In this document: positions 28,149 through 37,581 of the stretch, in pieces
How positions within the stretch are numbered: position 1 is the stretch's first letter
Layout of the letters: each line of letters opens with the position of its first letter
Sequence record: NC_041994.1
DNA: 64,000 nucleotides
Reading direction: 5' to 3' (one strand)
Notes under the pieces: model-generated
Told to the model about the DNA's origin: nothing
Database searches by the model: none
Seen by the model: only the letters and a program-made list of their open reading frames with translations
Program-made: the position numbers and the translations under genes

Positions 28149-29546
28149 ATGAGCAGCAAACTCGCAAAATACCTGGACCAGCGTTCCCGCGTCTCGAACG
28201 AAGAGTTCGAAGAAGGCCAAGCCGAACTGTCTCCTGTTGAACAGGAACAAGCGGCCATCGTCGAAGAAGAGCAGCTGGATGTTCCGGCTCCTGCTGAAGA
28301 CGTGACCGAAGAGCAGATCATCGAAGCGACCGACGATGCCGACATCGCTGCCGACGAAGAAGAAGAACTGCCAGAAGCCGTTGAAGAAGTGGCCGAAGTC
28401 GAAGCCGACGTGGGCGACGAAGTCACCTCGATCGAAGAATTCTGCCAAGTGCTGCGCCACGGCCTGAAAACCAAAACCTTCTCGCCACAACTGGCCGCTG
28501 TTGCTCAACAGCGCATCGAGCGCCTGTCCGGCCTGTTCGACGAAGAGAAGCCTGCGGTCTCCCTGGAAAACTACGGCGGCGACAGCCTGGAAGACTACTA
28601 CAAAGTCTCCCTGGAAACCTTCTCGGGTTTCACCAAGCGTCTGCACGACGTGCTGTTCAATGCGACCAAATCCCTGGCCGACAAACTGAACACCAAGTGG
28701 GGCCACGAGAGCTTCATCAAGAAAGCCAAAGAGCTGAACATGCGTGCTGACGCTGTGCTCTCCGGCAGCGCCAAAGCTGAGCCATTCGTGGCCAAAGGCA
28801 AGTCGGTTGCTCACGACTTCCAAATCGGCGGTCAGTTCGGCGGTGACCCGCTGGCTTCGATCACCCACGACCTGCGCTTCCTGTCGAGCGTTGGTGGCAA
28901 GCTGGTTCGCAACATCGACGTGTACCTGGGCAAAGTGATGGACGTCGTTGAAGACGCTGTCAAGAACGGTGGTGTCGGCAAGACCGGCGACATCGTGGCC
29001 AAGGTCCTGGACCTGAAGCGTCCTGTCGACGAGCTGCCTGAAGAAGCCTTCACCGGTGCAATGGCCGGCGGTCTGGTTCTGACCAAGGTCGAGAACAAGG
29101 CCAAAGAAGGCGATCGTCGCGCTGCGTACAAAGACATCACCCGTGGCGCCATCCCAGGCATCAGCGGCGTGAAGTTCAAAGGCGAAGCTGCCGACGTTAC
29201 TGTCGACAAAGCCGCTGCCGACAAACTGGCCAAAGCGGCCAAGACCCTCGTCGCCATGTCGATGAAGGTTCTCGAAGCGAACGGCATGAAGTCCCTCCAG
29301 ACTTTCTACCGTCGTATCGAAACCCAACAGCGCGCCGTCAAGTCCGCGAACGCTACCTCCTGGAGCGAGAACAAGGACCTGAACACCATCGCCGGCAAAC
29401 TGCTGGAAATGGGCTGGCAGCAATTCAACGTCTACTACACTCTGCTGCACACTGCGCTGGACAACGCGCAGGAAGCAATCAGCCTGGCTGAGAAAGCAGT
29501 AGGTAAAGCAGAAGCTCCGGCTGCTGCTCCAGCCGCTGCCGAGTAA
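28149..29546 (+). CDS. Abundant inner-head protein (phiKZ_IP family-like)
   Basis: Very strong codon bias; long acidic propeptide; VSNEE, VSLEN, VSLET sites. Confidence 0.75.
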   Translation: MSSKLAKYLDQRSRVSNEEFEEGQAELSPVEQEQAAIVEEEQLDVPAPAEDVTEEQIIEATDDADIAADEEEELPEAVEEVAEVEADVGDEVTSIEEFCQVLRHGLKTKTFSPQLAAVAQQRIERLSGLFDEEKPAVSLENYGGDSLEDYYKVSLETFSGFTKRLHDVLFNATKSLADKLNTKWGHESFIKKAKELNMRADAVLSGSAKAEPFVAKGKSVAHDFQIGGQFGGDPLASITHDLRFLSSVGGKLVRNIDVYLGKVMDVVEDAVKNGGVGKTGDIVAKVLDLKRPVDELPEEAFTGAMAGGLVLTKVENKAKEGDRRAAYKDITRGAIPGISGVKFKGEAADVTVDKAAADKLAKAAKTLVAMSMKVLEANGMKSLQTFYRRIETQQRAVKSANATSWSENKDLNTIAGKLLEMGWQQFNVYYTLLHTALDNAQEAISLAEKAVGKAEAPAAAPAAAE

Positions 29547-29562
29547 TCGGTAAGCGACGTAA

Positions 29563-29597
29563 ACATAAAGGAGCCCCTCGCGGGCTCCTTTATGCCG
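29563..29597. terminator. Hairpin-family member
   Basis: ACATAAAGGAGCCC-ctcgc-GGGCTCCTTTATGCCG. Confidence 0.75.
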
Positions 29598-29640
29598 TGT
29601 TGACCAGATCTTATAGTCAGACTTAAAACGAGGACAAGTC

Positions 29641-31320
29641 ATGCCTAAGGCCCTTATCCCCGTGGCTGCTTCTAACACTTCTGTTAGCCGTCGCGTTGCC
29701 GTAAGCATCATCCAGCATCTCACTACGCTGATGGGGTTGCCGGAAACCACCGAAGTGTTCTTGCCCGGGAATACCCAAGCCGTCCCGCTGAATAATGCGG
29801 AGTTCGGTAATTGCTGTAAGTCAAACCTGACGTTCCCTGGCCAAAGCCGGATGACGGTTACGGTGGTCGAGGACGCTGAAGAAGATCATGCGTTGACGAC
29901 GTCGGTAAACGACAAGCAGAACCGTCCAATTCTACACGACAAGATTCACAACGTGACAGTCACCCCGGTGTACCGTTACGTAAAGATGACCTGCAACATC
30001 GAGTTCGTAGCCGCCAGTACCACCCAAGCCCAACGGTGGCTGGATGATCAGCGTGCTATGTTCTCGGCCGGTCGTACGGAGAACATGCACGATCTGGAAT
30101 ACTACTTCCAACCACCCGACGGTTTGATCTTCACCCTCAAGGCACTACACGATGCCTTGATGAAGTCGCCATGGCCTATTACTGAAACATTCGAGGAGTG
30201 GGTAGCGGGTAAGATGGTCGGTGGGGCTTACATCAAAGACCTGACCACACTCGCCGGTATGCACCACACGTTGGCCATCGCCGAACACCAGTACGATGTA
30301 CTGGGTTGGTTTGATTGGACCACCACACCTGATACGCCTGAACGCAGTGGTGATGGTTCCGGTACATTCACGGTGAACCTCAACTACCAAATCGGTTACG
30401 GTCGTCCAACGCATGTGCACATCGACTACCCGATGGTGATGAACCAGTTCCCGATCTCCAAGAAGTTCCGTCATACGGAGCCCTATTGGTTCTACCGGGA
30501 TCGTAAGCGTAAGGTGTCGATCACCAAAGAAGCATTCGATGAGTTCCGTTTTATCGAGGACATGGCTGGCCACGTGCCGTACGTGCATTACCCAAACACC
30601 GATGACTGGTACCCGAATCCCTTGCAGTCGCTGGGACAAGTTGTACCGCTGTTCACCGGACTGGTCATGCTGACGGGGGATGACCAACAGTCGCTGATGG
30701 ATCTGTCGGAGTTGGGGGAATGTCGGTTCACGCCACACTTCCTTGAATACTTCTACGCCATGGGTAACGCGGCATTGGATTCGTTGACGGGGTTGTTTGA
30801 GTTCCGGCTCTGGCGTAACGATGAATACATGCGGGGCACCAAGCTTCAGTTCAAACCGGGTACGCTCACACTCCAAACGGTGGAGCCACTCGACCCGCAG
30901 TACATGTATCACATCCAGATCTGCGTTAAACGCAACTGGGCGTCCGTAGGGCGTAATGTCGTGCAATGCCTGCGTAACTGGCCTACCGTGGCTTGGACGC
31001 TGCTCAGAGCGCTTGGTGTGCGCTTAGGCGGTGCTGAGCTGCTGACGGATCTCGATCTGATCGCAGCCAACCACCCACGTCGCAACATGGTGCCTTGCTA
31101 CGGCGAGGGTTATCTGTTGCCTGAGACCACGCCTCCTGAAGTTAAGTGGGGCCTGCGTCCAGATGACGTGTTCATCAAGAACGGCATCGTGCGTCAAACC
31201 GATCTTGATCAAGCCGTGCGTGATACAGACACCATCGCTGAGAACTACATTAACTACAACACCATCGGTCCGCTGACGGTGATGTTCTTCTCTATCCTGA
31301 CCTTCCGTAACAAAGGGTGA
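29641..31320 (+). CDS. Virion structural protein (neck/tail completion region)
   Basis: 559 aa, GAGG SD; synteny with phiKZ gp98. Confidence 0.55.
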   Translation: MPKALIPVAASNTSVSRRVAVSIIQHLTTLMGLPETTEVFLPGNTQAVPLNNAEFGNCCKSNLTFPGQSRMTVTVVEDAEEDHALTTSVNDKQNRPILHDKIHNVTVTPVYRYVKMTCNIEFVAASTTQAQRWLDDQRAMFSAGRTENMHDLEYYFQPPDGLIFTLKALHDALMKSPWPITETFEEWVAGKMVGGAYIKDLTTLAGMHHTLAIAEHQYDVLGWFDWTTTPDTPERSGDGSGTFTVNLNYQIGYGRPTHVHIDYPMVMNQFPISKKFRHTEPYWFYRDRKRKVSITKEAFDEFRFIEDMAGHVPYVHYPNTDDWYPNPLQSLGQVVPLFTGLVMLTGDDQQSLMDLSELGECRFTPHFLEYFYAMGNAALDSLTGLFEFRLWRNDEYMRGTKLQFKPGTLTLQTVEPLDPQYMYHIQICVKRNWASVGRNVVQCLRNWPTVAWTLLRALGVRLGGAELLTDLDLIAANHPRRNMVPCYGEGYLLPETTPPEVKWGLRPDDVFIKNGIVRQTDLDQAVRDTDTIAENYINYNTIGPLTVMFFSILTFRNKG

Positions 31321-31323
31321 TCC

Positions 31324-32730
31324 ATGGCCGGTCTATTTCGTGAGCTTGAAGAGGACGAGCTGCCCCCAGCTCCTGAACCCGTCAAGGTACACATCGAACC
31401 CAAGAACTATTCGGGCATCACAGTTGATACCGAATACGTCCCTTCCTCGGCAATCCTGGTGTGGGGTCAAGGCTCCACGTGGAACGTTGACTACTACTCG
31501 CAGATCCTCGGTCGTTCGGTAGAACCCAAACCGCTTGACCTGCATCTGTCTCCGATCGAACAGCAGTATCGCTTGCTGCGTAAGATCCCGCTGAAGGTCA
31601 CTGAACCACTGCAATGGTCGGTTCAAGACCCACAGACGAACGTGCGTGTGGGCACAGGTGGTGGTTACACCTACCCGTTCCTGACGGCTAACGTCGGTGA
31701 CATGTTCCCAGCCAACATTGGTGACGGACAAATCGGCCTGTTCACCATTACTTCCTCGACTCCGGCCACAATCCTGCGGGATTCGGTGTACAAGGTTGAA
31801 TGGATCTGCGTAGGACTCGCTGACGCGCTCCAGATGGAGAACTTGGCCTCGAAGGTACAGCAGACACTGTATTTCTCGATGCGCAGCCTACAGGGCGGTT
31901 GTGGGCCGTTTGTGACCACAGAGCAAGCCGCCAAGATTGAGTCGTATGAAACGATCCTGGCACAGCTGATCCAGCACTACCTGACTGACTTCCTGTCGCT
32001 CGACCACTTCACGTTGCTGGTGCCTGACCAAACCCGTCAGACCTACGACCACTGGGTGACGCGTGCACTGCTGATGATGGTGGGACCTGAACACGATCCA
32101 CGCATGCGCAAGGTCCGTGAGCAGAACGTCATGGGTGATTCGGTAATGAAGCAACCTACGTTCTGGGATGCTTTGTTGCGGGCTGATCCAGCACGGCTGT
32201 ATGGCGGTACTGAGCGGGTACATCTTGTGTCCACGCGTGAATTCCGTGGCTCACCTTTACTGCAAGCGCTGGGCTTCACCGGGATTCCATACGTGGCCTA
32301 CCCAATCGAACCCCCGACCGACGTCGATGCGCAATACGCAGGGCGTGACGTTTACGTACCGTGCGGTCTTCCATTCCGGGAAGGTCGTCCACGTCGTCCG
32401 TTGCCGGGTGAGTTCAAATCACAAGCTGAACGAAACCTGCCGTTCTTCCAAGTCATCCCTGATGATGTTGAGGACATTGAACCATGGCGTCGTCCGGCTG
32501 ATATCCATCCGGTGGTGAAAGACAACTACTATGTGCTGTCCGAAGCGTTCTATTTGGAACAACCCGGGCAGTCCAAACTGGAGTTGTTGGTCCGCCAGTT
32601 CCTGAACCGTGAAGCGCTCCACCCGGAACAGTTCGATGCCGTGCTTGCACGTATCTACGACTGGGATAACCTCGAACGGTATTACTACTACCCGATCGTT
32701 ATCGCGCTTCTGAAAACCATGTTGAGGTAA
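31324..32730 (+). CDS. Virion structural protein (neck/head-closure-like)
   Basis: NVGDMF..IGDG.IGLFTIT beta motif; synteny. Confidence 0.55.
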   Translation: MAGLFRELEEDELPPAPEPVKVHIEPKNYSGITVDTEYVPSSAILVWGQGSTWNVDYYSQILGRSVEPKPLDLHLSPIEQQYRLLRKIPLKVTEPLQWSVQDPQTNVRVGTGGGYTYPFLTANVGDMFPANIGDGQIGLFTITSSTPATILRDSVYKVEWICVGLADALQMENLASKVQQTLYFSMRSLQGGCGPFVTTEQAAKIESYETILAQLIQHYLTDFLSLDHFTLLVPDQTRQTYDHWVTRALLMMVGPEHDPRMRKVREQNVMGDSVMKQPTFWDALLRADPARLYGGTERVHLVSTREFRGSPLLQALGFTGIPYVAYPIEPPTDVDAQYAGRDVYVPCGLPFREGRPRRPLPGEFKSQAERNLPFFQVIPDDVEDIEPWRRPADIHPVVKDNYYVLSEAFYLEQPGQSKLELLVRQFLNREALHPEQFDAVLARIYDWDNLERYYYYPIVIALLKTMLR

Positions 32731-32733
32731 GTC

Positions 32734-33291
32734 ATGTACGCCCCAGAGGCCAGTGCAGCAAACCACATCTTCACCAATCGCTATCACGTGATGATCCCCC
32801 GCAGTTTCATGTTCGGCCCTAAGTACATCGCTAAGGTCGGCTATGGCTCCAGTGGGGATCAGATGGTTGATCGCATGCAAAACACTGACCTTGTGAACAT
32901 GCACCAGACCATCGCTGGTTTGGCTGTGCTCTACAGCCAAGGTGCTGAACCTCTGTTGGGCGTTGAGGCCGACTGTGTGCCGATCTACAAAGCCATTGTC
33001 AAACACCTCAATGACTGGCGTGACTTCTCCTATCAGGGCCTGAACCCTGACTACTGCCCACCGATGGTGGATTTCTGGGCATTGGAGAAGTTGGCGCATT
33101 ACTTCCACTATAAAGCCCAAGCATTACAACCCACCGCGCAGTCGCACAGTCAACTGCGTGATTCGGTGATGAACATGAACCGGGGTGGTTCTCGTGCCGT
33201 GAACCGTGCTGCGGGACCACAGCAAGAACAAGAGATCCTGCCCTTCGTCTCGATTGCTGATGACATCGAGAGAAACCTCTTCGGAGATTAA
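32734..33291 (+). CDS. Conserved hypothetical protein
   Basis: 185 aa, GAGG SD, operonic spacing. Confidence 0.65.
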   Translation: MYAPEASAANHIFTNRYHVMIPRSFMFGPKYIAKVGYGSSGDQMVDRMQNTDLVNMHQTIAGLAVLYSQGAEPLLGVEADCVPIYKAIVKHLNDWRDFSYQGLNPDYCPPMVDFWALEKLAHYFHYKAQALQPTAQSHSQLRDSVMNMNRGGSRAVNRAAGPQQEQEILPFVSIADDIERNLFGD

Positions 33292-33294
33292 TCC

Positions 33295-34662
33295 GTGTCC
33301 ACAGACGCTACGCTTATTAACAAAGAGATGTCGGAGGTGCGTACCACGGGTACGGGTGCGCACTACCTCATCCAAGTTCAGTTGCTGGTGAATAAGCAGT
33401 GGCTGAAACCGATCAAGCTGGATACCTACACCGTCGACCGTGACTATGAAGGCGGCTACGCTGATGTTCGCGTGCTGTCGTTCATGATGTTGCTCGGTGT
33501 GTACACCTTCGACATGTTGCCTTACCGCAATGACATTCAGGTGGATGTGACGTACATTCCGCTGGGTGAGAACGGCGGTGGACAGCGTTCTGACAAACGT
33601 AGCTTCACTCGTCGTTACCGTGGGATGTTGATGGACCCCTCGGATGCGTCGATGACTACCAACGTCAGTAACCAAGGCAGCAAGACCCAACTCGATAACC
33701 AACCGCCTAAGCAGGTGGAGATCCAGTTGATGGAGGAATACGTCTACGATCTGCAAATGCGCAGTGTCGGGGGCAAGTATCGCAATATGACGGCCTACGA
33801 CGTCCTCCTAGCCGTTTTGAACAAGTCAACGACCTACATGGAAGCTAAGGATGAGAAACGCATCCTAGGCGTCCACCCAGTTGGTATAGCAAACGCTGAA
33901 CGACGTACCCAAATCGTTATCCCACACGGCACAAAGATCGGCAAAGTGCCGACCGTTTTGCAGGAGGATGAAGGTGGGGTGTTCTCGGCAGGTCTTGGCT
34001 GTTATCTGCAAGACCAGTATTGGTTTGTGTTCCCGTTGTATGACACAGCCCATGCGTCGAAGAAGAAGCGTACCGTGACGATCTACTGCGTACCGAGCGA
34101 TCGGTTTGACGGTAGTGAGAAGACCTATCGGGAAACCGATAACCGTCTGGTGATTCTGGCCTCAGGCGATGCGGCGTCGTTGAACCTGACGGATAACACC
34201 CACATCCAGTCCGGTAATGGTCTGCGTTTCTTGGATGCCCGTAAGATCCTTAACGGGTTTGCCGTGAACAATGGCAACCGGATGTTGATTGACAAAGCTT
34301 CCAACCTCTTTGAGATGGCGGCCAAAACAATCACTGAGGGTGTTAACAATATACAATGGTCTGCCAAGCCTGTAAGCGGTAACCCGTTTGTTCACTACAG
34401 TGCGATGGCCCGGATGAACGGGCGTATTCAAACGGTCCAGTGGCGACACGGTGACGGGGACCTGATCCAACCCGGTGAACTGGTCGACTTCTATGCAATC
34501 GCAGAGGGGAAGATCAATCTGTTCAAAGGGGTGGTGCTTGGTACCCAAGAATCGCGAGCAGCCGCAGAACCCGGTATGGCGGTGACGCGTCACCACGGTA
34601 TCGTGAGCATTAAACTGTTTCTGGAAAACCCAACTCCAACACCAGCGACCACAGGGGCTTAG
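33295..34662 (+). CDS. Baseplate hub protein (T4 gp27/VgrG-like; phiKZ gp101 region)
   Basis: 455 aa, beta-rich, hub-like GxYLQDxxWFVFPLYD segment; synteny. Confidence 0.55.
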   Translation: MSTDATLINKEMSEVRTTGTGAHYLIQVQLLVNKQWLKPIKLDTYTVDRDYEGGYADVRVLSFMMLLGVYTFDMLPYRNDIQVDVTYIPLGENGGGQRSDKRSFTRRYRGMLMDPSDASMTTNVSNQGSKTQLDNQPPKQVEIQLMEEYVYDLQMRSVGGKYRNMTAYDVLLAVLNKSTTYMEAKDEKRILGVHPVGIANAERRTQIVIPHGTKIGKVPTVLQEDEGGVFSAGLGCYLQDQYWFVFPLYDTAHASKKKRTVTIYCVPSDRFDGSEKTYRETDNRLVILASGDAASLNLTDNTHIQSGNGLRFLDARKILNGFAVNNGNRMLIDKASNLFEMAAKTITEGVNNIQWSAKPVSGNPFVHYSAMARMNGRIQTVQWRHGDGDLIQPGELVDFYAIAEGKINLFKGVVLGTQESRAAAEPGMAVTRHHGIVSIKLFLENPTPTPATTGA

Positions 34663-34688
34663 GCCCCTGCGGTACTTATGGCCCGCCT

Positions 34689-35099
34689 ATGTCTGAACCC
34701 GGTAGCATCTTCATCAAGATAACGCCTGAATGGTCTTACGCTTTCGTAGGGGCCATGAAGGAGTTTTTAGAACTCGACACACTGGTGATAGCCAAGCTTT
34801 ACAACGTCGCTACTCACTACCTCGTGCTCCGTCACAATTTCATCTGGGGGCACATCGACAACGTTCGCTACACCAGCCTGGTCAACGCGTTGTTCTCACC
34901 GTACGCTCATTGCCGCATGCAGCATCACGTAATGAATTACTACGCTGAGGACCTATATAGACGTTGCCGTCCGGTGCTGGACATCCACCGGAACATGCTG
35001 CGCAACACGCTCTTCTATAATGACGACAAAGGCGAAGTGATTGGTACGGTGTTTCAGTACGTACAGCCCTTTCCGATCTCAACACTGCAATTTGCTTGA
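34689..35099 (+). CDS. Hypothetical protein
   Basis: 136-aa ORF after a CAGGGGC-ttag-GCCCCTG hairpin at 34652-34669. Confidence 0.6.
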   Translation: MSEPGSIFIKITPEWSYAFVGAMKEFLELDTLVIAKLYNVATHYLVLRHNFIWGHIDNVRYTSLVNALFSPYAHCRMQHHVMNYYAEDLYRRCRPVLDIHRNMLRNTLFYNDDKGEVIGTVFQYVQPFPISTLQFA

Positions 35100-35155
35100 A
35101 TACACTTAGTTTAAAACCTATATAGTGCTTGCGAATTACAGCAGGAGTAATCACC

Positions 35156-35533
35156 ATGGGTAAGTTAGGAGGCTTCTTCTTATTCGCCATCATTGTCCTT
35201 GGCCTGGTTGTTGCAGGTGGCCATGTGATCCTGAACGGCTTCAAGAACTTCTTCAACCGCGGTAAGAACAAAGTGAAGTCCAACGAACAACTCGGACAGA
35301 TCTTTAACCAACTGGATAATGAAGGCTTCTTCGATACCTCGGAGTCGCCTAACCATATCCGCAACCGGATCATCTCTGAAGCACTGTCTGAATGCTCTAA
35401 GCAGGAAGGCTTCTTCTGGGGTGTGTCCAAACGCAACATCTTCATCAAGGAGAACCACGCTGGTGAAGCCTATGACTCGATGTTAGTCTATGGCAACAAC
35501 AGCATTGGCTTCCATTGGCGTGGGCGGCTGTAA
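35156..35533 (+). CDS. Small N-terminally membrane-anchored protein
   Basis: AGGAG SD; hydrophobic FFLFAIIVLGLVVAGG. Confidence 0.7.
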   Translation: MGKLGGFFLFAIIVLGLVVAGGHVILNGFKNFFNRGKNKVKSNEQLGQIFNQLDNEGFFDTSESPNHIRNRIISEALSECSKQEGFFWGVSKRNIFIKENHAGEAYDSMLVYGNNSIGFHWRGRL

Positions 35534-35556
35534 AGCTGCCTTTATGCCGTGAAAAC

Positions 35557-35587
35557 TTGATTGCAAAAAGATTGAGATATATATAAC
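35557..35587 (+). promoter_or_regulatory. Putative early (vRNAP) promoter, copy 1
   Basis: TTGATTGCAAAAAGATTGAGATATATATAAC; 24/31 ungapped match to 38835-38865; TATAT.AC core resembles the phiKZ early consensus TATATTAC. Confidence 0.6.
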
Positions 35588-35645
35588 TTCGGTGAATTAG
35601 CAGCAATAATGCTCTAATCATCTTCCCCTGTTAAGGAGTAATACC

Positions 35646-35873
35646 ATGTCCGTAATCAAAACCGCTTTCGCTAAAGTCAAGCCATTCGCTAAAGGCGCTG
35701 GCATCGTTCTGGGCGGCACTGTAGTTGTCGCTGGTGGTTGGTTGGCAATCCAGGCCCTCAAGGGTACTGGTGCTGAATCCGCTGCCGCTGCTGTCGGTGA
35801 TGCTGTGGCCGATGCGGCTACCGCTGTTGCCGATACCGCAGCTACTGCTGTAGCAGCCGCCTTCCGCGGCTGA
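35646..35873 (+). CDS. 75-aa Ala-rich membrane peptide
   Basis: AAGGAG SD; Lys-rich N-terminus, one TM segment, Ala-rich tail; own promoter and terminator. Confidence 0.75.
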   Translation: MSVIKTAFAKVKPFAKGAGIVLGGTVVVAGGWLAIQALKGTGAESAAAAVGDAVADAATAVADTAATAVAAAFRG

Positions 35874-35884
35874 TGTAATTGGGA

Positions 35885-35923
35885 AGTGGGGGCTTCGGCC
35901 TCCACTCTCCCTTTTCCTTTTTT
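35885..35923 (+). terminator. Intrinsic terminator with cUUCGg loop
   Basis: AGTGGGGGC-ttcg-GCCTCCACT followed by a pyrimidine/T-rich tract. Confidence 0.8.
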
Positions 35924-35942
35924 GTTGTACAGGAGTGTTAGC

Positions 35943-36320
35943 GTGTCCGAACAAAACCAAGAACAGCTCCAGCAAGCTGAGCAAGACAAACTGGTCATGG
36001 CTGATCTAGCTCAGGTCTACGGCGAAATGCTGATGCGCCAGACCAAGATCAAACCGGGCGTGTTGCTGCGCGTCACCCGTGACTACGGTAATCCACATGC
36101 CGTGCCGTACGAACCCAACCTCCAGTCACAGCTTGTTATCGTTGGCGAGATCCAGCCAGACTTCGTCAAGGTGATCGAGCGTCAGCGTGGTATCACTGCC
36201 GAGCTGCTCAAGTTCGAAGAACGCATTATGGTTCTTGAACGCGAAGGTCGTGCTGTGCTACTCTCCCAGTACGACAGCTGGGAACTGTACGTGTCCGATG
36301 CAGCTCCTGCCGCATTGTGA
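35943..36320 (+). CDS. Hypothetical protein
   Basis: AGGAG SD before GTG 35943; good codon bias. Confidence 0.65.
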   Translation: MSEQNQEQLQQAEQDKLVMADLAQVYGEMLMRQTKIKPGVLLRVTRDYGNPHAVPYEPNLQSQLVIVGEIQPDFVKVIERQRGITAELLKFEERIMVLEREGRAVLLSQYDSWELYVSDAAPAAL

Positions 36321-36771
36321 CCTGTTTGAAACCCCCGGTGATTGCCGTGTCATTACGGTGAATTGCCTCGGTGCGATGGGTCTTGGTATTGCTGAGACCT
36401 TTCGTGACCGATACAAAAAGCAGTACTGGGAATACAAGCGTCGTTGTAAGCAGGGACAAGTCTGGCTGGGTGTCCCTGAGTTGATTCAAACCGATGACGG
36501 TTTGCGTTGGCTGTTGTTTCCAACCAAACACAACTGGCGTGAGAGTTCCCAATACAGCTGGATACAGTGGGGGCTGCAATACCTCATCGAGAATATCGGT
36601 GAGCCTGACTACGTTCAACACGACTGGACTCTAGTGTTCCCGCCTTTAGGGTGTGGACACGGCAACTTAGATTTCCAGCACATCGCTAGGCTCATGGACA
36701 TGTTTGATGGACATGTGCCTAATGACATTATCCTCATCGCACCACAGGAATACGAAATATGCGTCCTTTGA
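36298..36771 (+). CDS. Macrodomain ADP-ribosylhydrolase, DarG/TARG1-like
   Basis: DLF...[18 protein letters not shown]...Y...C..G...[14 protein letters not shown]...L...[13 protein letters not shown] is the DarG-macrodomain signature. Confidence 0.85.
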   Translation: MQLLPHCDLFETPGDCRVITVNCLGAMGLGIAETFRDRYKKQYWEYKRRCKQGQVWLGVPELIQTDDGLRWLLFPTKHNWRESSQYSWIQWGLQYLIENIGEPDYVQHDWTLVFPPLGCGHGNLDFQHIARLMDMFDGHVPNDIILIAPQEYEICVL

Positions 36772-37199
36772 AACAAGCTGTCTACTCTTCGCGCACTGCC
36801 GATAAATTCGTTGTACGTCTGCCTGATGGCATGCGTGAAAAGATCGCAGAGCGTGCCCGTATCCATCACCGTTCGATGAACTCTCAGATCATCTCGGTTC
36901 TGGAAAAGGATCTGGCAATCGAGCTCACTGACGATGAGCGCGCACTGCTGGAGTTGGAATCCCACACCAACCCTGACGTGAAAACGCCTTTGCAGGTTGG
37001 CATGGCGGCGTACTACGACTACCTCAATGACGGCAAACTCGCCGTGGGTGTGGTCACCGGTATTGCCATCTCAATGGACGACGACGTCTTCGTGACATTT
37101 GACATCGTTAAGAATGCACCGACTCTGATCATCGGCAGTCGTGCTGACGATAAGCGTAAGTGGTTCCCTGTCGCTCAAGTCAAACCGTATTTGATCTAA
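36759..37199 (+). CDS. amrZ: AmrZ (AlgZ) ribbon-helix-helix domain fused to an unrelated SH3-like C-terminal domain
   Basis: [45 protein letters not shown] is nearly the recalled Pseudomonas AmrZ N-terminus; sequence diverges after [10 protein letters not shown]. Confidence 0.85.
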   Translation: MRPLKQAVYSSRTADKFVVRLPDGMREKIAERARIHHRSMNSQIISVLEKDLAIELTDDERALLELESHTNPDVKTPLQVGMAAYYDYLNDGKLAVGVVTGIAISMDDDVFVTFDIVKNAPTLIIGSRADDKRKWFPVAQVKPYLI

Positions 37200-37215
37200 C
37201 CAGAAGGGGCGTTGA

Positions 37216-37581
37216 ATGGATCAGCTAATGGCTGTCTACGGGCAGCTACTTGCTGCCTACGATGCGATGCACAACTTGGCCCAACAGAACCTTGGTGTCA
37301 TCCTCGTTACCAACGCCCTAACCACCTTTGCCTTAGCCTTCGCTAAGGCATTCCAGTCACGGAACATTGTGCTGGGACACTACTGGGCTGCGTACGTTAC
37401 GTCTTGGGGTGTTACGACCCTTGAGGTAACGAACATCAGCCTTGTGGTGGTAGGCGGTTGGTGGTTGATCATCTCCGCCGGTTTCGGCGGTTCCCTAGGT
37501 TGCGTGGTCGCTATGGTCATGCACGAAAAATACTTCATGAAGCGAAAGCTTGCCGAGGAGGCAAAACATGAAACGCACTAA
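37216..37581 (+). CDS. Small multi-pass membrane protein
   Basis: 3-4 hydrophobic segments in 121 aa; AAGGGG SD. Confidence 0.65.
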   Translation: MDQLMAVYGQLLAAYDAMHNLAQQNLGVILVTNALTTFALAFAKAFQSRNIVLGHYWAAYVTSWGVTTLEVTNISLVVVGGWWLIISAGFGGSLGCVVAMVMHEKYFMKRKLAEEAKHETH

